Counted from the stretch's first letter, positions 26,310-35,945 are shown. The stretch is DNA of 64,000 bases from an uncultured Chloroflexia bacterium (GCA_963847375.1 CAWJZO010000001.1:1008843-1072842), one strand, 5' to 3'. Notes: generated by a model not told the origin, from the sequence alone. Numbers and translations are program-made.

Positions 26310-27206
26310 TCAGCGGCCGATCCGACGCACGGCCGCCACAGCGGCCGCCAGGAGCGCAGCCTTCGCCGCGCGCTTGCGCCCGGGATGCAGCTCGAAGACC
26401 GTGGTGTAGAGGCTCGTCGACTTCGCTCCGCGGCCGAAGTCGCCGGTGACCGATCCCGGCCCGGTGCTCGGCTCGAAGAGGTTGTCGCGCGCGTCGTCGG
26501 CTCGCCTCGTGAGCTGCTGCTTGGCGTCCGCTGCCGCCTCTTGCCATGCGCCGTCCACGAGCGGCTCGAAGCGCAGCGTCGCCGACCAGCTCCCTCGTGG
26601 GTCGAGAGAGATCGACGCTCTGGCCGTTGCGCTGCCGATCTCTCCGGTGGCAAGCGCCAGATCGCCATTGGTGCATCGGATGCGGAGGCCCCGCTCGGTG
26701 GACCACTCCTCACGGGTCGCGTGGTAACGGATCTCGATGCCTTCCGCTCCGCCAGCCGTGCTCAGATTCCCGGTCTGCTGGCGCTGGTCCATGGCGACCT
26801 CGAGGACGTCGGCGAAGTCGGCGCCGAGCTCGATGGCCAGCTCGACGGCGCGCGGGGTCATGCTGTGGTTGAGGACGTCGATCCGCTCGACCATGCCGCG
26901 GCCGAGGCGCCGATCGATCCGCACTTCGATCGCGTCCTGCGGCAGCTCCGGGCCGTCCGCCGTGCCTCCGGCCCTCGCGACGCGCAGTGAGGCGCCCCAC
27001 AGATCGGCCTCGACGGCGTCGCTCGACACCCACTCCGGCGCCGCGCCGTCGAGGGTGAGCCGGTGGCGCGACAGGATCCGGCAGTCGTGGTGGAAGAGCC
27101 CGCAGCCCTCGTCGCAGCCGATCTCGCCGTCCGGATGGGAGAGCAGGACCGTCCAGTCGCGATGGCTCAGCTCGTGCGGGAATCGCGGATCGAGGCCCAT
27201 GGTCAT
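26310..27206 (-). CDS. Glycogen-debranching-enzyme N-terminal domain protein (GDE_N_bis-like) lacking the catalytic amylo-alpha-1,6-glucosidase domain; possibly a truncated gene
   Basis: GLFHHDCRILSRHRLTLDG..PE..S.......W...LRV and IEV.IDRRLG.GM.ERI.V.NHS resemble the N-domain of ~700-aa bacterial GDE proteins. The ORF stops after 298 aa, and I saw no GDE_C-like sequence in any downstream frame. Confidence 0.55.
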   Translation of the reverse strand: MTMGLDPRFPHELSHRDWTVLLSHPDGEIGCDEGCGLFHHDCRILSRHRLTLDGAAPEWVSSDAVEADLWGASLRVARAGGTADGPELPQDAIEVRIDRRLGRGMVERIDVLNHSMTPRAVELAIELGADFADVLEVAMDQRQQTGNLSTAGGAEGIEIRYHATREEWSTERGLRIRCTNGDLALATGEIGSATARASISLDPRGSWSATLRFEPLVDGAWQEAAADAKQQLTRRADDARDNLFEPSTGPGSVTGDFGRGAKSTSLYTTVFELHPGRKRAAKAALLAAAVAAVRRIGR

Positions 27207-27247
27207 CGAATGCTGGCAAGATTGTGACCGGTGATCGGCACTCCGCC

Positions 27248-27832
27248 ATGAAGATCCTCGTCGTCGGTGCGACCGGCAGCATCGGTTCGGCGGCTGCGCG
27301 TGCGGCGCTGACCAAGGGCCATCAAGTGACGGTCTTCGTGCGGTCGCCCGACAAGCTCGGCGAGCTGCGCGATCAGGTCCGTGTGATCGAAGGTGACCTG
27401 ACCGATGCCGAAGCGGTCGCGTCGGCGGTCCTCGGCCACGAGGCCGTCATCAGCGCCCTCGGCTCCAGCCCGGATCCTGTGCAGCTCGACCTGCCGGCCG
27501 CCGCGATGCGCAACCTGATTGCCGGGATGCGAGCAGCCGGAGTGCGGCGACTCGTCGGACTCGCGGGCGGCGCTGTGGACGTGCCCGGCGAGCGCAAGCC
27601 GTTGGGCGGGCGCATCATGACCGCGATCGTGAAGCTCTTCGCGCGCAACGTCGTGGAGGCCAAGCAGCGCGAGTTCGAGGTCGTCCGGGAGAGCGACCTC
27701 GACTGGACCATGGTCCGCCCGCCGAACGTGGTCGATGGGGGCCCAACGGGAGTGCAGCCAGTCGTCGGTGATCGCCTCTCGGGTTTCCGCATCACGAGCG
27801 GTGATCTTGGGCTCGCGATGGTCGGTGGCTGA
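27248..27832 (+). CDS. NAD(P)H-binding (NmrA/atypical SDR-like) protein
   Basis: MKILVVGATGSIGSAAARAAL.KGH.VTVFVRSP.K is a Rossmann GxxGxxG N-terminus. Confidence 0.8.
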   Translation: MKILVVGATGSIGSAAARAALTKGHQVTVFVRSPDKLGELRDQVRVIEGDLTDAEAVASAVLGHEAVISALGSSPDPVQLDLPAAAMRNLIAGMRAAGVRRLVGLAGGAVDVPGERKPLGGRIMTAIVKLFARNVVEAKQREFEVVRESDLDWTMVRPPNVVDGGPTGVQPVVGDRLSGFRITSGDLGLAMVGG

Positions 27833-27952
27833 AGGATCGATCTGGCTCAGGCAAGCGCCGTACGTGTCAGCAGGACCGGCGAAGCGCGAATGAGGCACGC
27901 CCTCTGCAAGTGGGCATCGGTCAATCCATTCGCAACGTGGGGACTCGAACCG

Positions 27953-28783
27953 ATGGAAACCGTCGAAACCTGGGGCGAGGCCGTGATGCTGTCCGTGACG
28001 GAAGCCCTCCAGAACTTCTTGGGCTTCCTGCCCGCGCTGGTAGGCGCACTCCTCATCCTCATCATCGGCTGGATCATCTCCGGCCTCCTGGCAGGCCTCG
28101 TCGAGCGCGGGTTGAAGGCGATCGGCTTCGAGCGCGCGGCGCAGTCCACCGGCATCAGCGGCTTCATCCAGCGCTCGGGCTCGAGCTGGACGGCGAGCGC
28201 CATCGTTGCCGAGATCGTCAAGTGGTTCATCCGGCTCCTGGCGATCCAGGCCGCAGCCTCGGTTCTCGGGCTCACCCAGATCAGCCAGATCGTCAACGCC
28301 ATCCTGCTATGGCTGCCGAACCTGGTCGTTGCGATCGTGATCGTGGTCATCGGCACGCTGATCGCCAAGTTCGTCAGCGGCCTGGTGCGTGGCTCGACGT
28401 CCCAGATGGGCTTCACGAACCCCAACCTGCTCGCGAGCGTCGCGTACTACGCCATCGTCGTCTTCGCGGTCATGGCCGCGATCGACCAGCTGGGGATCGC
28501 CGAGACGGTGGTGGACACGCTGTTCATCGGTCTCGTCGCGACGGTCGTCCTGGCCGCCGGCCTGGCGTTCGGGCTCGGCGGGCAGCAGACCGCGGCCCAG
28601 ATCACGGCGGGCTGGTACGCCAGTGGCCGCGAGGCGGGTGCGAAGATCGCCGAGTATGCGCAGAGCCAGAGCCAGGAGGGCCCGGAGTCCCAGCCCACGA
28701 CGCCGGCTCCCACCGGCGCCCAGAGCGCACCGCAGTCACAGCCACCGGCATCCCCGCCGCGGACCGAGCCCACCGGCGGCTGA
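27953..28783 (+). CDS. Membrane protein with 'conserved TM helix' repeats (MscS-N-terminal-like), Pro/Gln-rich tail
   Basis: The FLP.L.GAL.IL.IGW..S repeat pattern occurs twice. There are four TM helices and a low-complexity C-terminus. Confidence 0.7.
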   Translation: METVETWGEAVMLSVTEALQNFLGFLPALVGALLILIIGWIISGLLAGLVERGLKAIGFERAAQSTGISGFIQRSGSSWTASAIVAEIVKWFIRLLAIQAAASVLGLTQISQIVNAILLWLPNLVVAIVIVVIGTLIAKFVSGLVRGSTSQMGFTNPNLLASVAYYAIVVFAVMAAIDQLGIAETVVDTLFIGLVATVVLAAGLAFGLGGQQTAAQITAGWYASGREAGAKIAEYAQSQSQEGPESQPTTPAPTGAQSAPQSQPPASPPRTEPTGG

Positions 28784-28800
28784 CCCTTCACGGACCCGAT

Positions 28801-28826
28801 GGCGGCCGGCAGCGAAGCCGGCCGCC
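28801..28826 (+). terminator. GC-rich hairpin downstream of the TM-helix protein gene
   Basis: GGCGGCCGGC-agcgaa-GCCGGCCGCC forms a 10-bp perfect stem 18 nt after the stop. The tail GCTTCATG is only weakly U-rich. Confidence 0.4.
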
Positions 28827-28922
28827 GCTTCATGCCCGGCAGCCGGTGATCTCGACACTGGCGTTGCCGGTCAGGATGCGCGACGCTGTGCGTCCACACG
28901 CGGCACCCGAGAGGAGCAGACC

Positions 28923-29438
28923 ATGACCACGGACGTGACCACATCGGCGACGAAGGAGGTGCGCGCGCAGAGCCAGCCGGTCCAGATCGAGCGCAGCGCG
29001 GTCGGCGTCGTGCGCGGAAAGGATGTCGAGATCGGGATGGCCGGAGTCGGCCTCGTGATCGCCGATGGCGACGTGGCGCTCACCCAGGGCGGCGGCAGGG
29101 CCTTCGTCGCCGGCGGCGACCTGCGCATCCACCAGGGCGGCGGCGGCACCCTCGTCGCGGCCGGCGATACGTCCATCAACCAGGGCGGCGCGGGGAGCCT
29201 GTTGACGCTCGGCGCGGTGAGCGTCGAGCAGGGCGGCATCGGGGTGACGCTCGCTCGCGAGGTTCGTGCCGGCGGCGGGGGGATCATCGGGATCGCGCTC
29301 TCTCCGCGGGTCACAGTCGAGCCGGGCGGGAAGGTCATGCTCGGCCTGCCGCAGGCAGCGATCGCCGGCGCGGCGCTCGGGCTCGTCGCCGGTGCCGTCG
29401 TCGTGATGACCCAGGCGATGCGGAGCCGCTCGAAGTAG
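28923..29438 (+). CDS. Hypothetical tail-anchored protein with about five 16-residue QGGG repeats
   Basis: The ATG is preceded by GAGAGGAG. Repeats of the form GD(V/L/T)x(L/I)xQGG(G/A)xxx(V/L)xA recur with a 16-residue period. A C-terminal TM helix is followed by RSRSK. Confidence 0.7.
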   Translation: MTTDVTTSATKEVRAQSQPVQIERSAVGVVRGKDVEIGMAGVGLVIADGDVALTQGGGRAFVAGGDLRIHQGGGGTLVAAGDTSINQGGAGSLLTLGAVSVEQGGIGVTLAREVRAGGGGIIGIALSPRVTVEPGGKVMLGLPQAAIAGAALGLVAGAVVVMTQAMRSRSK

Positions 29439-29514
29439 CAGTCGGACCGGCAAACCTGACAGGTCGTGGCGGGAATCGGTGCCATGCTGTGGGACCGATA
29501 GACTCCTCGCTGGC

Positions 29515-32500
29515 ATGACGACCGCCACCCACGCCGATCCCCTCTCGCCCTTCAGCGAGCCGACCCGCGCCTGGTTCGCGGAGGCGTTCGCCGAGCCCAC
29601 GCGTGCCCAGGAGCTCGGCTGGGACGCGATCAGCAGCGGCAGGCACGCGCTCATCCACGCGCCGACCGGCAGCGGCAAGACCCTCGCCGCCTTCCTGTGG
29701 TGCCTCGACCGGCTCATGGCCGAGCCGGCGCCAGCGAAGCGTACCGTCCGCGTCCTCTACGTCAGTCCGCTCAAGGCGCTGACGTACGACGTCGAACGTA
29801 ACCTGCGCACGCCGCTGGTCGGCATCCGGCGCACTGCCGAGAGGCTCGGCCAAACCGTGCCGGAGATCAGCGTGGCAAGCCGGACCGGCGACACGCCGGC
29901 CGACGCGCGTCGTGCGCTCGTTCGCAACCCTCCCGACATCCTCGTCACCACGCCGGAGAGCCTGTACCTGCTGCTGACGAGCCAGGCCCGCGAGATCCTG
30001 CGCGGCGTCGAGCACGTCATCGTCGACGAGGTCCACGCGATCGCCGGCACGAAGCGCGGCTCGCACCTCGCCGTCTCTCTCGAGCGCCTCAGCCACCTGG
30101 CCGATGCCGAACCGCAGCGGATCGGCCTGTCGGCGACGCAGCGGCCGCTCTCAGCGATCGCGGCGTTCCTTGGGGGCACCGATCGCGACGTCGAGATCGT
30201 CGACGCCGGCGCCCGCAAGGAGCTCGACCTCGAGATCGTCGTGCCGGTCGAGGACATGGCACGCATGGGCGAGGCGATGGAGCCCGACGAGGCGCCGGGC
30301 GGTCCGGCAGCAGGGCCGGAAGCCAAGCACTCGATCTGGCCCTCGATCCATCCTCGCCTGCTCGAGCTCATCCGGGCGCATCGGTCCACGCTCATCTTTG
30401 TGAATAGCCGCCGGCTGGCCGAGCGGCTTGCGGCGCGCCTGAACGAGCTCGCGGGAGAAGAGCTCGTGCGGGCCCATCACGGCAGCATCGCCCGCGACCA
30501 GCGGCTGCAGATCGAGGAGGACCTCAAGCAGGGGCGCCTGCCGGCGTTGGTGGCGACGTCGAGCCTCGAGCTCGGGATCGACATGGGTGCGATTGACCTC
30601 GTCATCCAGATCGAGGCGCCGCCCTCGGTCGCGTCCGGGATGCAGCGGATCGGCCGCGCCGGCCACCAGGTCGGCGAGCCGTCCGTCGGCAAGATCTTCC
30701 CCAAGTACCGTGGCGACCTCGTCGAGGCGGCGGTCGTCGTCGAGCGCATGAAGGCCGCGGCGATCGAGGAGACCCGCATCCCGCGCCACCCGCTCGACGT
30801 GCTCGCCCAGCAGCTTGTCGCCATCTGCGCCTTCGACCGATGGACGGTGAGCGACCTGCACCGGCTCCTGACGCGGGCGGAGTCGTTCCGCGACCTGTCG
30901 CGGGAGCAGCTGGAGGGCGTGCTCGACATGCTGTCCGGGCGCTATCCCTCAGACGAGTTCGCCGATCTCAAACCGCGCGTGGTCTGGGACCGCCAGACCG
31001 ATGAGGTCGTTTCCCGCAATGACGCGCGGGTCGTGGCGATCACTTCGGGCGGCACGATTCCGGACCGTGGCCTCTTCGGCGTCTTCCTGCCGGGCGACGA
31101 CGCCGGCCGCGGCGGACGTCGAGTCGGCGAGCTCGATGAGGAGATGGTCTACGAGTCGCGGGTGGGGGAGACCTTCCTGCTCGGCGCCTCGACCTGGCGG
31201 ATCGAGGAGATCAGGCCCGACAGGGTGATCGTGACCCCGGCGCCGGGCGAGCCGGGCAAGATGCCCTTCTGGCACGGCGACGCCATCGGGCGCCCGATCG
31301 AGCTCGGGCGTGCGATCGGTTCCTTCCTCCGTGAGCTCGAGCCGATGAAGCCGTCGGAGGCGGCGGCCCGCCTTCGCGACGCCCACGCGATGGACGAGTT
31401 GGCCGCGAACAACCTCGTCGCCTACCTCGGAGAGCAGATACAGGTCACCGGCGCGTTGCCGACCGATCGGACGATCGTCGTCGAGCGCTTCCGCGACGAG
31501 CTCGGCGACTGGCGGGTCGTGCTGCTGACGCCGTTCGGCGGCCGGGTCCACGCGCCGTGGTCGATGGCGATCGAGGCGCGCCTGCGGGAGCAGCACGGCC
31601 TCGAGGTGCAGTCGATCTGGTCCGACGACGGGATCGCCGTGCGCCTGCCCGAGGGCGTCGAATCAGACGGCGCGACGATCGAGGGCGCCCTCCTCTTCGA
31701 GCCCGACGAGATCGAGGATCGGCTCATGACCGAGCTTGGCTCGTCCGCCCTGTTCGCCGCGCGCTTCCGCGAGAATGCGGCGCGTGCCCTGCTGCTGCCG
31801 CGCCGTCGTCCCGGCCAGCGCACACCGCTGTGGATGCAGCGCCAGCGCTCGGCGGATCTGCTCGCGGTGGCCAGCCAGTACGGCTCCTTCCCGATCATCC
31901 TCGAGACCTACCGCGAGGTGCTGCGCGACGTGTTCGACATGCCCGCGCTGCGCGACCTGCTCGCCGACATCCGTGCTCGGAAGATCCGCGTCGTGAGCGT
32001 CGAGTCGCGCTCGGCGTCGCCGTTCGCCTCCTCGTTGCTGTTCGACTACGTCGGCTCGTTCATGTACGAGGGCGACGCCCCGCTCGCCGAGCGTCGCGCG
32101 CAGGCGCTCACACTCGACCGCGAGCTGCTGGCCGAGCTGCTCGGTAGCGAGGAGCTGCGCGAGCTCATCGATCCCGAGGCGGTGGCCGACCTCGAGCTGG
32201 AGCTCCAGGCGCTGGCGCCGAATCGCCAGGCGCGGACGCTCGACGGGGTCGCCGACCTCCTCCGCCGGCTGGGCGACCTCCGGACCGATGAGGTGGCCGC
32301 CCGCGTCAATGGGGTTGACGCTGCGGCCGTGGTGGCCGAGCTGGAGGCGACCCGGCGCGCCGTGCGGGTCCGCCTCCGCGGTGAGGAGCGCTGGATCGCG
32401 GTCGAGGATGCGGCGCGCTATCGCGACGCGGTCGGCGCCAGCCCACCGGCCGGCGTTGCCGAGACCTTCCTCGCGGCGGTGGATCGCCCGCTGGACCTGC

Positions 32501-33966
32501 TCCTGGCCCGCTGGGCGCGGACGCACGCGCCATTCACCGCCGATGCGCCGGCGACGCGCTGGGGAGTGGCCCGCGACGCGGTCGAAGATCGCCTGCGCAC
32601 CATGGCCGCGGCCGGCGAGCTGCTCGAGGGCGCCTTCCGCCCGGGTGGCGCTGCCCACGAGTTCACCGATCCCGACGTGCTGCGCCAGCTGCGTCGCCGC
32701 TCGCTGGCCCGCCTCCGCCGCGAAGTCGAGCCTGTCGAGCCCGACGTGCTCGCCAGGTTCCTGCCGGCCTGGCAGGGGGTCGGCTCGACGGCCGGCGGCC
32801 TCGGGCGTCTGATCGAAGTCGTGGCGCAGCTCGAAGGGGTCCCGCTGCCGAGCTCGGTGCTCGAGCGCGACGTGCTCCCGGCCAGGGTAGCGGGCTACAC
32901 GCCCCGGCTGCTCGATGAGCTTGGTGCCGCGGGCGAGGTGGTCTGGATCGGGCGAGGCTCACTCGGCCGCGACGACGGTCGGGTGGCGCTCTTCCGGCGC
33001 GACCGCGTCGATCTGCTGGCCTCCGCGGGCTCCACCGACGAGCGCCCGTCCGGGCCGGTCCACGACGCGATCCGCATGCATCTCCAGCGCCGGGGGGCAT
33101 CCTTCTTCCCGCAGCTGCGTGCGGCGGGCGCCGACGCTCGCAACGACGAGGAGCTGCTCGACGCGCTCTGGGACCTCGTGTGGGCCGGAGAGATCACGAA
33201 CGACACGTTCGCGCCGCTTCGCGCCCTCGCACTGCCACGCTCCCGGTCGCGCCGCTCGCCGCGCCCCGGTCGGCTCTTGGCCCTCGGTCCACCGCGTGCC
33301 GCGGGGCGCTGGTCGCTGGTCGCCGACCTCGTGGGCGAGGAGCGCTCGCCCACCGAGCGCGGACATGCGCTGGCCGCCACGCTGCTCGACCGCCACGGGG
33401 TCGTGACCCGCGAGGCGGTCGTCGCCGAGGGGACCGCCGGCGGGTACGCATCGGTCTATCCCGTGCTGCGGGCGATGGAGGAGTCGGGTCGCGCTCGTCG
33501 CGGCTACTTCGTGGCGGGACTCGGGGCGGCGCAGTTCGCCCTGCCCGGCGCGGTCGACCGCCTGCGGGCCATCCGCGACGACGAGCCGACCACGCGTCTC
33601 CTGGCGGCCACCGACCCGGCTCAGCCCTACGGCGCGGCGCTTCCGTGGCCACGAGGGGCAGACGACGAGCGGCTGCCGCTCCAGCGCGCCGCGGGCGCGT
33701 ACGTCGTGCTCGTCGACGGCCTCGCCGTCCTATACCTCGAACGAGGCGGACGAAGCCTGGTCAGTCTCCCCGCCGCAGCGGATTCGGAGCGACGCGCCCG
33801 TGCCGTGGCTGCCCTTCCGGCCGTAGTCGCGCCCGGCGGACCGATGCGCGAGCTGAGACTCGAGCGGATCGACCGCGAGCCGGTGGCGACGTCGGACCTT
33901 GCCGCAGCGCTGACCGAGGTCGGGTTCCGGCCAAGCTACCGCGGGTTCCTCCTCCGCCGCTCCTGA
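29515..33966 (+). CDS. lhr: Lhr-family large ATP-dependent DEAH helicase
   Basis: Motif I (HAPTGSGKT), DEVH, the SAT-like LSAT motif, and the ~1480-aa length with a long C-terminal extension match mycobacterial Lhr. Confidence 0.92.
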   Translation: MTTATHADPLSPFSEPTRAWFAEAFAEPTRAQELGWDAISSGRHALIHAPTGSGKTLAAFLWCLDRLMAEPAPAKRTVRVLYVSPLKALTYDVERNLRTPLVGIRRTAERLGQTVPEISVASRTGDTPADARRALVRNPPDILVTTPESLYLLLTSQAREILRGVEHVIVDEVHAIAGTKRGSHLAVSLERLSHLADAEPQRIGLSATQRPLSAIAAFLGGTDRDVEIVDAGARKELDLEIVVPVEDMARMGEAMEPDEAPGGPAAGPEAKHSIWPSIHPRLLELIRAHRSTLIFVNSRRLAERLAARLNELAGEELVRAHHGSIARDQRLQIEEDLKQGRLPALVATSSLELGIDMGAIDLVIQIEAPPSVASGMQRIGRAGHQVGEPSVGKIFPKYRGDLVEAAVVVERMKAAAIEETRIPRHPLDVLAQQLVAICAFDRWTVSDLHRLLTRAESFRDLSREQLEGVLDMLSGRYPSDEFADLKPRVVWDRQTDEVVSRNDARVVAITSGGTIPDRGLFGVFLPGDDAGRGGRRVGELDEEMVYESRVGETFLLGASTWRIEEIRPDRVIVTPAPGEPGKMPFWHGDAIGRPIELGRAIGSFLRELEPMKPSEAAARLRDAHAMDELAANNLVAYLGEQIQVTGALPTDRTIVVERFRDELGDWRVVLLTPFGGRVHAPWSMAIEARLREQHGLEVQSIWSDDGIAVRLPEGVESDGATIEGALLFEPDEIEDRLMTELGSSALFAARFRENAARALLLPRRRPGQRTPLWMQRQRSADLLAVASQYGSFPIILETYREVLRDVFDMPALRDLLADIRARKIRVVSVESRSASPFASSLLFDYVGSFMYEGDAPLAERRAQALTLDRELLAELLGSEELRELIDPEAVADLELELQALAPNRQARTLDGVADLLRRLGDLRTDEVAARVNGVDAAAVVAELEATRRAVRVRLRGEERWIAVEDAARYRDAVGASPPAGVAETFLAAVDRPLDLLLARWARTHAPFTADAPATRWGVARDAVEDRLRTMAAAGELLEGAFRPGGAAHEFTDPDVLRQLRRRSLARLRREVEPVEPDVLARFLPAWQGVGSTAGGLGRLIEVVAQLEGVPLPSSVLERDVLPARVAGYTPRLLDELGAAGEVVWIGRGSLGRDDGRVALFRRDRVDLLASAGSTDERPSGPVHDAIRMHLQRRGASFFPQLRAAGADARNDEELLDALWDLVWAGEITNDTFAPLRALALPRSRSRRSPRPGRLLALGPPRAAGRWSLVADLVGEERSPTERGHALAATLLDRHGVVTREAVVAEGTAGGYASVYPVLRAMEESGRARRGYFVAGLGAAQFALPGAVDRLRAIRDDEPTTRLLAATDPAQPYGAALPWPRGADDERLPLQRAAGAYVVLVDGLAVLYLERGGRSLVSLPAAADSERRARAVAALPAVVAPGGPMRELRLERIDREPVATSDLAAALTEVGFRPSYRGFLLRRS

Positions 33967-33970
33967 CAGC

Positions 33971-34975
33971 TCACGGACCGTCGACGGCCTGCGCCTCTTC
34001 GAGCACGGCCTCTGCGCGGCAATTGAGCACGATCTGCTCGGCGGGAACCTCTGCCTGCGCGCCGACGGCGTCCTCGTCGCATTGCTGGGCTGACGGGTCG
34101 TCGAAGTGGACGCGAACCTCGACCCACGTGCCGCGCTCGGGCATCGTGATGCCCGACTCGGGGTCGATCGAGACCCGGATGCCGATCCCGGATGCATCCT
34201 GGCTCTCGTCGATGACGACGAGCTTGTCGTTGATCTGCTGGCACAGCAGCCACCCGCTCGGCGCGTCCTCCGACGTGCAGGCTCCCCCGGCATCGTCGGG
34301 GATCTCGGGCCAGTAGCCGCGGAACGTGAGCGGCTCAGGACCGAAGCACGCCAGGCGCTCGATGCTGGTCCGACCGACACTGATGCTCGCCGCGGTGTAC
34401 GGCGCCTCAGGACAGGAGAGGTCGTGCTCGACCAACCACGGCTCACCGGACTCGCTCGCCGCGGCGACCCAGCCGAACCAGATCGGGCAGTTGTACGGCT
34501 CGGTCTGGGCCGGCCCGGCGCAGCCGGTGTTCGGTGGCAGCCCGAGCCCGGAGACGAGGTACCAGCGGAAGCCGTCGGCATCGGTCGGTCCGCCGGCGAG
34601 GAAGGAGAGCGCCCCATCCTCGAGGGTGCCGGCCCGCGCGCCGTCGAGGCCGGGTGCGTCGCGCACGGTGAGGCCTTCGACGGTCGTCGCCACGACGGTG
34701 TCCACCGGCACGTCGGGCTGTGCGGGCGCGTCCGCGGAGGCGGTGGCCGCAGCGCTGGCGCTGGGGCTGGCGGATGCCGAAGCGGCTCCCGATCCAGGGG
34801 CGCCGCTGGCGGAGGGCGAAGGCGTCAGCGATCCCGACGCGGTTCCGTTGTTGGTCCCTCGGGTCAGCACGAGCGCGAGGAGAATCAGCGCGAACACGCC
34901 GAGCACGGCGACGCCGATGATCATCGGCCATGGGGGAAGGCGGTCCGGGGGCGCGGCGGACGCCTGGTCCGTCAT
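33971..34975 (-). CDS. Membrane-anchored extracytoplasmic protein with an Ala/Ser linker, an SH3b-like segment and a Cys-rich domain
   Basis: The protein has an N-terminal TM helix, low-complexity SASPSASAAATASA, an SH3-like LTVRDAPG..........GFRWYLV and 9 Cys residues. GGGGGAGG lies 5 nt upstream of the ATG. Confidence 0.7.
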   Translation of the reverse strand: MTDQASAAPPDRLPPWPMIIGVAVLGVFALILLALVLTRGTNNGTASGSLTPSPSASGAPGSGAASASASPSASAAATASADAPAQPDVPVDTVVATTVEGLTVRDAPGLDGARAGTLEDGALSFLAGGPTDADGFRWYLVSGLGLPPNTGCAGPAQTEPYNCPIWFGWVAAASESGEPWLVEHDLSCPEAPYTAASISVGRTSIERLACFGPEPLTFRGYWPEIPDDAGGACTSEDAPSGWLLCQQINDKLVVIDESQDASGIGIRVSIDPESGITMPERGTWVEVRVHFDDPSAQQCDEDAVGAQAEVPAEQIVLNCRAEAVLEEAQAVDGP

Positions 34976-35083
34976 CGTGGCCTCCCCCTGGTGCGCGTTC
35001 GCCGCACACAGAAACGTCCCGAAGGAACCACGAGACCCTTTGATGCAATCTCTGGGTCCACGGACTCCTCCGGGACAAGAACC

Positions 35084-35112
35084 AGAATACGGGTCGCGAC
35101 GTTCCCCGCCAA
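35084..35112 (-). promoter_or_regulatory. Candidate sigma-A-type promoter TTGGCG-N17-TATTCT
   Basis: On the minus strand, -35 is at 35112..35107 and -10 at 35089..35084. The downstream ~105-nt leader can form a 10-bp stem UCCCGGAGGA/UCCUUCGGGA. Confidence 0.3.
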
Positions 35113-35189
35113 GGGGGTTTGTCCACCGATTCCGAAGGTCATCGGCCGGTTATCCACGCCGTTTCCACATCGGTACTGAAGTGTACGCG

Positions 35190-35945
35190 TCAGAGACGGC
35201 CGGCCTCGATGATTCTCTGCAGGAATGCGCGCGTCCGCGGCTCGGTCGGGTCGCGGAAGATCCGCTCAGGTGGCCCCTCCTCCAGCACCAGGCCCTCGTC
35301 GAGGAAGATCACGCGGTTGGCGATGTCGCGCGCGAAGCCCATCTCGTGCGTCGCGATGACCATCGTCATGCCCTCTGCGGCCAGCTCGCGCACGACGTTG
35401 AGCACCTCGCCGATGAGCTCGGGGTCGAGCGCGCTGGTGACCTCGTCGAGGAGGAGCAGGGCCGGGTCCATGGCCAGGGCGCGAACGATTGCGACGCGCT
35501 GCTGCTGCCCGCCGGACAGCCGGTCGGGGTAATCGTCGCGCTTGTCGGCGAGGCCGAATCGCTCCAGCAGCGCATCGGCCCGCTCCTCCGCTTCGGCACG
35601 TGGCAGCCGAAGGACGCGGCGCGGCGCGAGGGTCACGTTGTCGATCACGGGCATGTGCGGGAAGAGGTTGAAGTTCTGGAAGACGATCCCGATGTTGCGC
35701 CGGATGCGGTCGACGTCGACGTCGTCCGCCGTGATCTCCTCGCCGGCGACGACGATGCGCCCGGCGTCGATGGGCTCGAGGAGGTTGATGCAGCGCAGGA
35801 GCGTCGACTTTCCTGAGCCGGATGCGCCGATGACGCATACCACCTCGTGCTCGGCCACCGTCAGGTCGATGCCGCGCAGCACCTCAAGCTCGCCGAACGA
35901 CTTGCGCAACCCCTCGGCCCGGAGCGCGGTCGCGGCGGCGATCAT
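35190..35945 (-). CDS. Polar amino acid ABC transporter ATP-binding protein
   Basis: Walker A (GASGSGKST), FQNFNLFPH, signature (LSGGQQQR) and Walker B (LLLDEVTSALD) are present. The ATG overlaps the permease stop (ATGA). Confidence 0.92.
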   Translation of the reverse strand: MIAAATALRAEGLRKSFGELEVLRGIDLTVAEHEVVCVIGASGSGKSTLLRCINLLEPIDAGRIVVAGEEITADDVDVDRIRRNIGIVFQNFNLFPHMPVIDNVTLAPRRVLRLPRAEAEERADALLERFGLADKRDDYPDRLSGGQQQRVAIVRALAMDPALLLLDEVTSALDPELIGEVLNVVRELAAEGMTMVIATHEMGFARDIANRVIFLDEGLVLEEGPPERIFRDPTEPRTRAFLQRIIEAGRL

